This document shows, one piece after another, positions 8,874-17,965 of a DNA stretch of 64,000 nucleotides (within the stretch, counting starts at the first letter, position 1; each line of letters begins with the position of its first letter). The stretch lies in the NCBI GenBank assembly GCA_963668625.2, contig CAXXKA010000006.1, forward strand, positions 640,001 to 704,000, written 5' to 3'. The stretch comes from an uncultured candidate division Zixibacteria bacterium (GTDB lineage Bacteria > Zixibacteria > MSB-5A5 > UBA10806 > 4484-95). The notes under the pieces are model-generated. The model saw only the letters and a list, made by a program, of their open reading frames with translations. It was not told the DNA's origin and made no database searches. Position numbers and translations under genes: made by a program.

Positions 8874-9284
8874 ATGAAAGAAGATGCAAGAATATTGGTT
8901 GTTGATGACGAGGCCGTCATGAGGAATCTGTTATTAAAAATTCTTGAACAGGAGGGTTATCAAATAACCCTGGCGAGTACTTACGATGAGGCATTGGCAA
9001 GTTTGAACAACAAGCAATTCGAATTAGTCCTGGCCGATGTAAAGATGCCCGGTCAGAACGGTTTCGATTTGCTTAAGGAGATAAAATCCAACTGGCCTCG
9101 TACCGCCGTCATAATGATGACCGGATACGGTGATGCTTACACTGTCAAGGAAGCGCTTATGATGGGCGCAGATGAGTATATCACCAAACCCTTTAAGAGC
9201 CACGAAATATCGTTGATAATCGAAAGGGCGTATTGGCGACAGATGGCATCCAATAAAGACAGTATGATGATGGAGAACGAATAA
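8874..9284 (+). CDS. single-domain response regulator
   Basis: ILVVDDE, LVLADVKMPGQNG, MMTGYG, GADEYITKPF. Confidence 0.94.
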   Translation: MKEDARILVVDDEAVMRNLLLKILEQEGYQITLASTYDEALASLNNKQFELVLADVKMPGQNGFDLLKEIKSNWPRTAVIMMTGYGDAYTVKEALMMGADEYITKPFKSHEISLIIERAYWRQMASNKDSMMMENE

Positions 9285-9296
9285 CAAGCAGGTTTT

Positions 9297-10730
9297 ATGG
9301 TACAAGCTGCTCAGGCCCGACCGAACGTAAAGACGGTCGATCATAAGTCATATAGGTTCACGATTAATATCGCCAGCGATGAGATGACCGCTCATCTTAA
9401 AGTCGAACCTATCAAAAAAAGCGGTGAAGGCGCAATTAATGTTGAGGAAATAACGGAAGTACTCAACTCGCAGGGGATCGTGGCAGGTATCAATACCGAG
9501 CAGCTCGAGAAATTTCTGTCTGAAGAGTTAGTTTCCAAAGTGATCGAAGCGGCAAAAGGAACGCCGCCTGAAAAAGGAAAGGATGCGGCATTCGAATTGT
9601 TGTTCGAGAACGCCGGTTCCAAAGCTCCGGTACTCGGTGATGATGGATTTATCGATTACAAGAACCTGAACCTTATCAACAACGCGACCCAGGGGCAACC
9701 CCTGGCCAAAAAAATACCACCTACCCAGGGTAAGCCGGGAATTACGGTCACGGGTAAAAAGATCGATGGCATACTGGGCAAAGATAAAGCCCTGCCAAAA
9801 GGTAAAAACACCGATGTATCCCCAGATAATCCTGATCTGTTGATAGCCGTCAAAGACGGGTCGATAACTTATACGAGCAATCTGATCAGTATAGATGACA
9901 CATTCAAAGTTAATTCCGATGTGGATACTGCTACTGGCAACCTCGATTTCGTAGGCAGCATAGTGATTGCCGGTATGGTTCACGCGGGATTCTCGATTAA
10001 AGCCGCGGGAAATATTGAGATCGGTAAAAATATTGAGGACGCTGAAATCAATTGTGGAGGTTCGCTGGTCGCCAACGGTGGTTTTGTCGGCTCGGGTAAA
10101 GGTGTTATTAAAGCCGGCGAGGATGTATTTTTAAAATATGTCGAAAACCAGACTGTATTCGCAGGCCACGATGTCAATATTGGCGGCAGCGCTATGAACG
10201 CCAATATCACAGCCAATAACGCGGTTGTCGTAACCGGCAACAAAGCCGTTATTGTCGGCGGAAAGGTAACGGCCGCCAATTTGATCGAGGCCGGCGTTCT
10301 GGGCTCGGATTTGGGTACCTCTACTACTGTCAGGGTTGGCTACAACAAACAGCTGATCAAAGAGTATCGTGAAATCGAAACCGAAATGGAGCGTCTAAAA
10401 GCCGATGGGGAAAAAATACATAAAGCCATGTATACCCTGGTCAGGCTGGAGATAGATAATAAGCTGAATGCCGCCCAGAAAGTGGCTTTGGCTCAGCTCA
10501 AAGAGCAGCAGGTAGTTATTCCGGCACAGTTGGAAAAGCTAGAGTTACGAAAAACGGAAATCATAACCAAGCTCAACGAAAATAAAAAAGCTAAGATCGT
10601 AGCTAATCGTACTGTTTACCCCGGTACTACTATATGTATAGGCATGCTCAAACGAGAAATCAACAAGGTGATTAACGGCTGTACATTCGGCATAAGCCAT
10701 GATCAAATAGTAATAATGGCCAGAACTTAG
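9297..10730 (+). CDS. fapA: FapA / DUF342 flagellar assembly protein
   Basis: G.PP..G.D, IDYKNL, LAKKIPPT.G.PG.TVTG, VD..TGNLDF.GS, beta-helix, coiled coil, VYPGT.I.IG. Confidence 0.88.
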   Translation: MVQAAQARPNVKTVDHKSYRFTINIASDEMTAHLKVEPIKKSGEGAINVEEITEVLNSQGIVAGINTEQLEKFLSEELVSKVIEAAKGTPPEKGKDAAFELLFENAGSKAPVLGDDGFIDYKNLNLINNATQGQPLAKKIPPTQGKPGITVTGKKIDGILGKDKALPKGKNTDVSPDNPDLLIAVKDGSITYTSNLISIDDTFKVNSDVDTATGNLDFVGSIVIAGMVHAGFSIKAAGNIEIGKNIEDAEINCGGSLVANGGFVGSGKGVIKAGEDVFLKYVENQTVFAGHDVNIGGSAMNANITANNAVVVTGNKAVIVGGKVTAANLIEAGVLGSDLGTSTTVRVGYNKQLIKEYREIETEMERLKADGEKIHKAMYTLVRLEIDNKLNAAQKVALAQLKEQQVVIPAQLEKLELRKTEIITKLNENKKAKIVANRTVYPGTTICIGMLKREINKVINGCTFGISHDQIVIMART

Positions 10731-10903
10731 GAAAAAATAACCTGCTGTTATTAGAAATATTTTCCACTAACTGATTCCTGAATTACGACAATCTTACCAA
10801 TATATCAGCTTTCCTTTGCATAGCCGATATGTAACTTGTTATACATTAATGAGATATATCATCTCTCGCCGGATTATATAATTAATATCATTTCCCGCTT
10901 ATA

Positions 10904-10920
10904 TGGGCATGGGCATTGCT
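10904..10920 (+). promoter_or_regulatory. sigma54 (-24/-12) promoter of the flgF operon
   Basis: gGGCATgggcaTTGCt: GG at 10906-10907 and GC at 10918-10919 are separated by exactly 10 nt, 35 nt before the flgF ATG. Confidence 0.7.
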
Positions 10921-10954
10921 TTGCATTAACACGGGGCAGAATAGCGAGGAAGTT

Positions 10955-11695
10955 ATGATTAAAGGAATCTACACGTCAGGTTCAGGGATGCTTCCCCGGA
11001 TGCTAAAACAGGAAGTATTCGCTAATAACATGTCCAACTCCAATACGGTCGGATATAAAAAAGACAGCGTATTTCTACAGCATCTGGAAAACGCCAAAAG
11101 AAATGATAATCGCGGTATAGTGACCGATCTCGAATGGGAAGTCCCAATGGTAGATGAGGTCTATATCGATTTTGAGCCGGGGCAGCTGGTTGACACCGAG
11201 AATCCGCTTAACGCCGCTATCGATGGCAAAGGCTTTTTCGTCATCGAAACCCCCGAGGGCGAACGCTACACCAGGAACGGCGTGTTCGAGTTGACCGCCG
11301 AGGGTACACTGATCGACAGCAATGGTTATAACGTTATGTCGGAGGCCGGCCCGGTGGTAATAGATGGCGATGAGATAGTGATAAATCAGGATGGTATGAT
11401 TATAGTCGATGGCAATCAGGTGGCTAACTTGCGCGTGGTTGATTTCGCCGAACCGTATAACCTTCGAAAAGCGGATGAGGGTTATTTCGTGCCGGAATCC
11501 CCGAATGATACTGCCCAGCCTGCCGAGAGCTACCAGATACGCCAGGGCTACGTGGAAACATCCAATGTGAATATAATCGAATCGATGGTTGATATGATAG
11601 TTTCGTTCCGGGCATACGAAGCCGGACAGAAAGCTATTCATTCTCAGGATGAAACCCTCGATAAAGCAGTGAATGATCTTGGCCGCGTAAGATAA
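10955..11695 (+). CDS. flgF: flagellar basal-body rod protein FlgF
   Basis: GIYTSGSGM, ANNMSNSNTVGYKKD, YTRNG.F, QGYVETSNVN. Precedes flgG. ATG 10955 with GAGGA. Confidence 0.9.
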   Translation: MIKGIYTSGSGMLPRMLKQEVFANNMSNSNTVGYKKDSVFLQHLENAKRNDNRGIVTDLEWEVPMVDEVYIDFEPGQLVDTENPLNAAIDGKGFFVIETPEGERYTRNGVFELTAEGTLIDSNGYNVMSEAGPVVIDGDEIVINQDGMIIVDGNQVANLRVVDFAEPYNLRKADEGYFVPESPNDTAQPAESYQIRQGYVETSNVNIIESMVDMIVSFRAYEAGQKAIHSQDETLDKAVNDLGRVR

Positions 11696-11706
11696 AGGAG
11701 TAAGTT

Positions 11707-12495
11707 ATGATTAAGGCAATGCGCACCGCAGCATCAGGCATGAGCGCGCAGCAAATGAACGTTGACGTTATCGCGAACAATCTCGCTAATGTTAACACTA
11801 CGGGATACAAACGTTCGAAAATCGAATTTCAGGATATCTTATATCAAAAACTGAGAACTGCCGGCGTCGAATCGGCGGCGGGTACCGAGGTGCCGGTCAA
11901 TCTCGAGGTTGGTTACGGTACCAAACCCTCGGCGACCCAGCGTAATTACTCGATGGGCAGTCTTCAGATGACAGGTAATGCTCTGGATATGGCGATCGAG
12001 GGTAACGGTTTCTTCCAGGTGCTTATGCCTGATGGTACCATAGCTTACACTCGCGACGGCGCGTTTAAAATGAGCGCGGACGGCCAGATAGTTACCTCTG
12101 ATGGTTTTTTCGTCCAACCCGGTATAACCATTCCGGCTGATGCCTCGGAGATAAATGTCTCTCCCGATGGCACCATATCAGTCCTGATCCCCGGTGATGC
12201 CGAAGCCCAGGAGATCGGCCAGCTCGAGCTGGCTAAATTTATCAACTCCGGTGGCCTTCAGGCTGTCGGACATAACCTGTTCACGCAATCAGCGGCCTCT
12301 GGTGACCCGATTCTTGGCACGCCTACTCTTGACGGCTACGGCGGTATTAACCAGGGGTATCTCGAAATGTCGAACGTGGAAATCGTGGACGAGATGGTGA
12401 ATATGATTACCGCCCAGCGAGCGTATGAAATCAATTCCAAAGCCATTCAAACATCCGAGGAAATGACCCAGATAGCCAATAACCTGAAACGATAG
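11707..12495 (+). CDS. flgG: flagellar basal-body rod protein FlgG
   Basis: AASGMSAQQ, IANNLANVNTTGYK, FQDILYQ, YTRDGAF, MITAQRAYEINSKAIQTSEEM. Confidence 0.97.
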   Translation: MIKAMRTAASGMSAQQMNVDVIANNLANVNTTGYKRSKIEFQDILYQKLRTAGVESAAGTEVPVNLEVGYGTKPSATQRNYSMGSLQMTGNALDMAIEGNGFFQVLMPDGTIAYTRDGAFKMSADGQIVTSDGFFVQPGITIPADASEINVSPDGTISVLIPGDAEAQEIGQLELAKFINSGGLQAVGHNLFTQSAASGDPILGTPTLDGYGGINQGYLEMSNVEIVDEMVNMITAQRAYEINSKAIQTSEEMTQIANNLKR

Positions 12496-12504
12496 AGATT
12501 TATT

Positions 12505-13164
12505 ATGTTTGCTTACCTCTTAGCGCTTTCAATAATATGCACCCCGTCACCTGATATCATCCAGGAGGCCGTGGAAACATATATCAATACCAATTACTCG
12601 ACTGAATACGGCGAATATCAGTTCGATTTCAGGCGTATCAATTGGAATTTGATTCCCGGTGAATTTGACAGCGTTCGAGTATTCAAGATCGCCAAGGAAT
12701 CACCTCTGGGGAATACGGTTTTCACCCTGGGGATTTTCGATAACGGCAAACTGTTCAAAGCTATCCCTGTTTCCATAGGCGTGACTCTTCTTACCGACGC
12801 CCTGGTTACGAGTATGCCGATAAACGTGAGCGAGCAGGTAACGGATGTTAGAATAGAGAAACGAACGATCACGGGCAGGGGAGAGATGCCGGTTATAGAT
12901 TCTACCAGGCTCGAGGGCTTACAGGCGAAAAACTATATCAAGGCCGGCTCAATCGTGTATATGTCGATGCTGGAGCCGATCCCCGTCATCAGTCCCGGTG
13001 ATGATGTCGAGATCGTCTACGAGAAAGGCGCGCTTAAAGTAAGTGCCAGAGGTGTAGCCCGTCAGAAAGGCGGCGTTGGAGATAACATAAAAGTTTCCAA
13101 TGTCGAATCGAAAAAGATAATTAAAGCCGAAATCGTAGACTCCCTCACAGTAGTTCTGAAGTAA
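12505..13164 (+). CDS. flgA: flagellar P-ring formation chaperone FlgA
   Basis: Signal peptide and C-terminal GD.V.I....GALKVSARG.A.Q.G..GD.IKV.N..SKK. Lies between flgG and flgH. Confidence 0.9.
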   Translation: MFAYLLALSIICTPSPDIIQEAVETYINTNYSTEYGEYQFDFRRINWNLIPGEFDSVRVFKIAKESPLGNTVFTLGIFDNGKLFKAIPVSIGVTLLTDALVTSMPINVSEQVTDVRIEKRTITGRGEMPVIDSTRLEGLQAKNYIKAGSIVYMSMLEPIPVISPGDDVEIVYEKGALKVSARGVARQKGGVGDNIKVSNVESKKIIKAEIVDSLTVVLK

Positions 13165-13176
13165 GGAGTATCGAGT

Positions 13177-13752
13177 ATGATAAAGAAAATAATGAGCGCT
13201 ATCCTGGTCGTCATCTTTATAGGCGGTGTCGCTCTGGCTGATAATGTCAAGAGCCGTTCTATCTTTACCGATCATAAAGCGCACGATGTTGGAGATCTGA
13301 TAACGGTGCTTATCGTCGAAACCTCCAGCGCCTCGAATAAAGCCAAAACCACCACCGAGAAAAGTACGGAAGCCTCGACCGAAGGCACGGCCGGATTGGG
13401 ACCTCTGGATTTTATCCCGTTGTGGGGAGCCTCGGGCGGTGACGCTATGAAATATGACGGCAAAGGTCAAACCGAGAAATCGGGATCGTTGAAAGCCAAG
13501 ATGACGGTTTCGGTAAAAGCGGTAAAACCCAATGGTGATCTGGTGATCGAGGGGACTCGTCTGGTTAAGATCGATAACGAGGAGGAAACGTTATTTTTAA
13601 CCGGTTCCGTCAGATCGCGGGATGTAGCAGATGACAATACCGTGTACTCTTTTCAAATTGCCGATGCCCAGATATCAACCCGAAGCAAGGGGACTGTTAC
13701 GGATGGTCATCGACCCGGCTTTATAACCCGCTTGATAAATTGGATATTCTAA
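13177..13752 (+). CDS. flgH: flagellar L-ring protein FlgH
   Basis: SIFTD.KA..VGDLITVLI.E, V.PNGDLVIEG, LTGSVR..DV..DNTV.S.QIADA.I, PG.ITR...WIF. Confidence 0.95.
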   Translation: MIKKIMSAILVVIFIGGVALADNVKSRSIFTDHKAHDVGDLITVLIVETSSASNKAKTTTEKSTEASTEGTAGLGPLDFIPLWGASGGDAMKYDGKGQTEKSGSLKAKMTVSVKAVKPNGDLVIEGTRLVKIDNEEETLFLTGSVRSRDVADDNTVYSFQIADAQISTRSKGTVTDGHRPGFITRLINWIF

Positions 13753-13753
13753 A

Positions 13754-14854
13754 ATGAAGAAGTTAATAGCCTTACTAATCATCACAAGTTTTTGTTCAAG
13801 CCCTCATGCCGGCCAGGTAAGGGTAAAAGATATCGCCAAATTCCAGGTGGAAAGCTCGACACCGCTTATGGGCTACGGCCTCGTGGTCGGTCTCGAGGGT
13901 ACGGGCGATTCGAAATCGACGAGGTTTACCGTGCAGTCGCTTGTAAACATGATGGAGCGAATGGGCGTTACGGTCGATCCCGATCAGGTAAAAGTCAAGA
14001 ACGTTGCCGCAGTGATGGTTACCTCCGAGCTCACACCCTATATGCGCACCGGCAGTAAAATCGATGTCACGGTGTCATCAATGGGGGATGCCACCTCGCT
14101 TCAGGGCGGAACGCTGCTATACACTCCACTGGCAAACGCCGGCGGTGATGTTTACGCCGTTGCCCAGGGAGCTATCTCGATCGGCGGTTTCAATATCAGT
14201 ACCGGTTTGGGCGACCAGATACGAAACAATTACACGCTCGTGGGACGAGTACCCAACGGTGGCAGTATCGAAAAAGAAATCGAGGGCGACCCGACTCCCG
14301 ATACGATAAGGTTGAGCCTTCAACAACCTGATTACACGACTGCAAATCGTCTGTCCCAGGCAATAAATTACAATTTCCTCGATCTCAAAGCGAACGCGCT
14401 GGATGAGGCGAATATCGAGGTCAGCTTTTCCAAAGATCATGATAAATCAGGCGATATAGTAAAATTGATCTCGCAAATAGAAAACCTGATGATAAGCCCG
14501 GAAACTCCGGCACGAGTCGTGATAAACGAGAAAACCGGGACGATCGTTGCCGGGGAGCATGTGACGATTTCAGCGGTGATGCTGGCTCACGGTAATCTAA
14601 ATATCGAGATTCAGGCGACGCCGTTGGTTTCTCAACCCGAGCCGTTCTCACAGGGACGGACCGTGCTGACCCGGGAGGCGCAAGTAACGGCCGAGCCCGA
14701 GATAGCCAGAATCCTTCACGTGGAACAACAGGCGCATATAGGCGACCTGGCCGAAGCCCTGAACGATATAGGCGCTACGCCGCGCGATATTATCGCGATT
14801 TTCCAGTCGCTTAAGGCTGCCGGCGCGCTCAGAGCCGAACTGGTAATTATGTAA
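13754..14854 (+). CDS. flgI: flagellar P-ring protein FlgI
   Basis: RVKDIA, LMGYGLVVGLEGTGD, KNVAAVMVT, GDATSLQGGTLL, INEKTGTIV.G, LKAAGALRAEL. Confidence 0.97.
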   Translation: MKKLIALLIITSFCSSPHAGQVRVKDIAKFQVESSTPLMGYGLVVGLEGTGDSKSTRFTVQSLVNMMERMGVTVDPDQVKVKNVAAVMVTSELTPYMRTGSKIDVTVSSMGDATSLQGGTLLYTPLANAGGDVYAVAQGAISIGGFNISTGLGDQIRNNYTLVGRVPNGGSIEKEIEGDPTPDTIRLSLQQPDYTTANRLSQAINYNFLDLKANALDEANIEVSFSKDHDKSGDIVKLISQIENLMISPETPARVVINEKTGTIVAGEHVTISAVMLAHGNLNIEIQATPLVSQPEPFSQGRTVLTREAQVTAEPEIARILHVEQQAHIGDLAEALNDIGATPRDIIAIFQSLKAAGALRAELVIM

Positions 14855-14864
14855 TAGGATTAGT

Positions 14865-15683
14865 ATGAAAGTTACAGCAGTAGATACAACAAACCAAACG
14901 CCACAGGCTAATAAGGCCGTCGATAAAGATAAAGCCGCCGAGTTCGCTCGTTTGAAAAAAGCTTGCGAGCAGTTCGAATCTATTTTTATCTCCTACATGC
15001 TCAAATCGATGAGAGCAGCCTCTGAGGAATCCGACCTGTTCGGTGATGGACTCGGTGGTGACATGTTCACCCAGATGTTCGATGAAAGCCTGGCCGATAA
15101 AATGGCCGAGAGCAGCCCATTCGGTATCGGTGATCAACTGGTAAAAACATATGCCAAAATTGCCGGACTGAGCGACACTGAATTTAAAACTTACGATGCG
15201 ATAACCGATGCGCCATCATACAAGCGTACATATATTAAAACAAAAGACAATAACAGCAACCAAGTTATATCCCATGATAAAATTAACAGCTATGATAATA
15301 TAATAGCTGAAGCTTCCCAAAAACACAATATCGAATCGGCACTGATCAAAGCAGTTATTATGCACGAATCTGGCGGTGATACTACCGCCGTATCAGCTAA
15401 AGGCGCAAAAGGTTTGATGCAGCTAATGGATGGTACGGCAACTATGCTGGGTGTAGAGGATCCATTCGACGCTCGTCAGAATATTTTAGGAGGCACGAAA
15501 TATTTAGCCTCACTGGTGAAAAAATTCGATGGTGACTATAAAAAAGCGCTGGCGGCTTATAATGCAGGGCCGGCAAACGTGGAAAAGTATAACGGAGTTC
15601 CTCCTTATAAGGAGACAGAAAAATATGTGATCCGGGTTCTCGAATCTTTCGAGGGCTCATCAAATTTGACAAAATCCCGATAA
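14865..15683 (+). CDS. flgJ: FlgJ rod-binding domain fused to SLT-type lytic transglycosylase
   Basis: N-terminal LKKACEQFESIFISYMLKSMR...MFDE. C-terminal AVIMHESGG...SAKGAKGLMQLM...NILGGTKYL...ALAAYNAG...PPYKET. Confidence 0.9.
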   Translation: MKVTAVDTTNQTPQANKAVDKDKAAEFARLKKACEQFESIFISYMLKSMRAASEESDLFGDGLGGDMFTQMFDESLADKMAESSPFGIGDQLVKTYAKIAGLSDTEFKTYDAITDAPSYKRTYIKTKDNNSNQVISHDKINSYDNIIAEASQKHNIESALIKAVIMHESGGDTTAVSAKGAKGLMQLMDGTATMLGVEDPFDARQNILGGTKYLASLVKKFDGDYKKALAAYNAGPANVEKYNGVPPYKETEKYVIRVLESFEGSSNLTKSR

Positions 15684-15693
15684 CAAACTGTAG

Positions 15694-16188
15694 ATGGATA
15701 AATCAATGGAAAAATTAGCGGAAATTTTAAATCAGGAACTTGAAGTCTTCAACAAATTTCTCGGTCTGCTGGATCAGCAACATAAGCAGATAATCAGCAG
15801 AAAGTTAGAGGAGTTAAAACAGACTAACAGTGAACTCGATTTTTTAACGCTTCAAGTAACCCAGCTTGAGAACAAACGCATGTTGGAAGTTTCCAGGATG
15901 TCCGAGGAATTGGGTTTGAGTGATGATGATATTAAGCTTCGTGATTTATTACCGGACCTGGATACGAAAACCAGTTTCCGATTAAAAATGCTCAGGGAAT
16001 CGATTGTTGGCGCGCACAGGCGAGCTGAGGAGAAAAGCTTGAGAAATAAGAAGCTTATAGAAAGATCACGCAAGTTGATCGCTGATTCGATTGCGATAGT
16101 TAGTTCGAAGCCATCACCGATATACCAGAAACCAGGGCCGGGTCAACCCTCCATGCGAGAGGGAAGCATGGTAAATAGATCGGTTTAA
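15694..16188 (+). CDS. flgN: flagellar export chaperone FlgN
   Basis: All-helical, LENKR, N.KLI..S, terminal Y. Immediately upstream of flgK. Confidence 0.8.
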   Translation: MDKSMEKLAEILNQELEVFNKFLGLLDQQHKQIISRKLEELKQTNSELDFLTLQVTQLENKRMLEVSRMSEELGLSDDDIKLRDLLPDLDTKTSFRLKMLRESIVGAHRRAEEKSLRNKKLIERSRKLIADSIAIVSSKPSPIYQKPGPGQPSMREGSMVNRSV

Positions 16189-16198
16189 GGGGATTGTT

Positions 16199-17584
16199 AT
16201 GTACGGAATAAATGTCGGTTTAGAAATTGGTAAAAGAGCGTTGCTGGCCCAGCAATACTCGTTAAATATTACCGGCCATAATATCGCCAATGTCAATACT
16301 CCCGGATTCACCCGTCAACAGGCAGTGTTAAACTCCACCAATCCGATGAGATCCGCTCTGGGAAGCTTCGGAACCGGCGTGGAGATTACCGATATCAGGC
16401 GATTAAGAAGCGTATTTTTAGATCAACAATTCCGCGAAGAATCTCAAACTATGGGTAAATGGCAAACCCTGGAGCAGGGATGGAGCCAGGTGGAAAGAAT
16501 TTACAACGAGCCGTCCGAAACAGGTTTCAGTACGGTTCTGGATGATTTTTGGAATTCCTGGCAGGATTTGAGTACGAATCCTGATAGCCAGGCCGCTCGT
16601 GTTTCGGTTAAGGAGCAGGCCAGCCTGGTGATAAATGCATTCCATCAATTCAGCAATCAGTTAGAAGATTTCACCACCTCGGTGGATAATGATATAGTTA
16701 AATCCGTTGGATATATCAATAATATGGCCGATCAAGTGGCTGCTTTAAACGAATCGATTGCCACCTCGGAGCTAACCGGAAACACGGCTAACGATCTTCG
16801 TGACCGGCGAGATTATCTTATTGATGAACTTTCAAATTACGTGAATGTCGATACTATCGAACAATCAAACGGCAATTTTACGGTACTGGTAGGATCGATG
16901 GCTCTGGTTGACGGTAATCAGGTTAACAGCTTGAGGGTCGAAGTTACCGAACAGGGATCGAGAACCGTAAAAGAGGTCATGTTCACCGGTTCCTCGGCCA
17001 CGCCGAATATCAACAACGGTCAACTGGCTGGGTTGATGGAACTTCGTGATGAGGTTTTAGTAGAGCGCCAGATCGAACTCGATCAACTGGCGGTCGAGCT
17101 TGTTGGAAAAATCAACGAACTTCACCGGGAAGGTTACGGCCTGGATGGCGGTAAAGGTAGAGATTTCTTCGATTCATCAACTACAGGCGCTGAAGATATA
17201 GAGTTGGATATCCTGATAGAGGAAAACGACAATTATGTTGCAGCCTCACTTAACGGCGAGGTCGGTGATAATTCCAATGCCTTGAAAATAGCGGGCTTGA
17301 GAACCAGCTTAACCATGAATGGAGGCACCGCTTCATTCGGAGATTTCTATAACGCTATAGTTGGAACGGTTGGTGTAAGAACCAGCGAGGCGGCGAATAT
17401 TTCGGCCAACCAGAAAACGTTAGTTTTCAATATCGAAACCGATCGCCAATCGGTTGAAGGTGTTTCTCTGGATGAGGAGATGACCAATATGATAAAGTTC
17501 GAGCATGCCTATTCGGCGGCGGCCAGAGTAATAACAGCGATGGATAACGCTTTAGATACGATAATTAACCGTATGGCTGTTTAA
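16199..17584 (+). CDS. flgK: flagellar hook-associated protein FlgK
   Basis: GHNIANVNTPGFTRQ, FWNSWQDLS..P, ANDLRDRRD, SVEGVSLDEEMTNMIKFEHAYSAAARVI. Confidence 0.96.
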   Translation: MYGINVGLEIGKRALLAQQYSLNITGHNIANVNTPGFTRQQAVLNSTNPMRSALGSFGTGVEITDIRRLRSVFLDQQFREESQTMGKWQTLEQGWSQVERIYNEPSETGFSTVLDDFWNSWQDLSTNPDSQAARVSVKEQASLVINAFHQFSNQLEDFTTSVDNDIVKSVGYINNMADQVAALNESIATSELTGNTANDLRDRRDYLIDELSNYVNVDTIEQSNGNFTVLVGSMALVDGNQVNSLRVEVTEQGSRTVKEVMFTGSSATPNINNGQLAGLMELRDEVLVERQIELDQLAVELVGKINELHREGYGLDGGKGRDFFDSSTTGAEDIELDILIEENDNYVAASLNGEVGDNSNALKIAGLRTSLTMNGGTASFGDFYNAIVGTVGVRTSEAANISANQKTLVFNIETDRQSVEGVSLDEEMTNMIKFEHAYSAAARVITAMDNALDTIINRMAV

Positions 17585-17611
17585 CAGTTAGCTTTAAGAT
17601 AGGAGTATGAA

Positions 17612-17854
17612 ATGCTGATCCTGACAAGGAAGTTGGGGGAATCAATTGCTATTGATAACAATATCAAAATCACGGTATTAAGTATCCATGGTAAACAGGT
17701 TAAAATAGGGATAATGGCCCCTGACACTGTTTCCGTGCATCGTGAGGAGATATTCAAAAAGATTCAACATGAAAATAAATCAGCCTCGCTTGCACTTAAG
17801 GAAGATTTACTGGAGGTTGCCAACATTTTGAAATCCAAACGCATAAAGCAATAA
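17612..17854 (+). CDS. csrA: carbon storage regulator CsrA
   Basis: [12 protein letters not shown]...[15 protein letters not shown] with the C-terminal helix typical of FliW-controlled CsrA. Confidence 0.97.
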   Translation: MLILTRKLGESIAIDNNIKITVLSIHGKQVKIGIMAPDTVSVHREEIFKKIQHENKSASLALKEDLLEVANILKSKRIKQ

Positions 17855-17870
17855 CGGAATTTCCCGATAT
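17844..17870 (+). promoter_or_regulatory. sigma28 promoter of flgL-fliW
   Basis: TAAA-N15-CCCGATAT overlapping the 3' end of csrA. Confidence 0.7.
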
Positions 17871-17965
17871 ACATAATGGTTGTAATGCTTATGCGGGGGC
17901 AGATAGCACAAACAAGCTGTGAGGATTCATAAGGTTAGCGAGAATATCAGAATTGGAGTATTAAC

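Noticed and set aside
7547-9284. Naming the single-domain receivers cheY
   Set aside because: No cheA/cheW/cheB/cheR nearby, and the sequences look like generic receivers, so the symbol cannot be supported.
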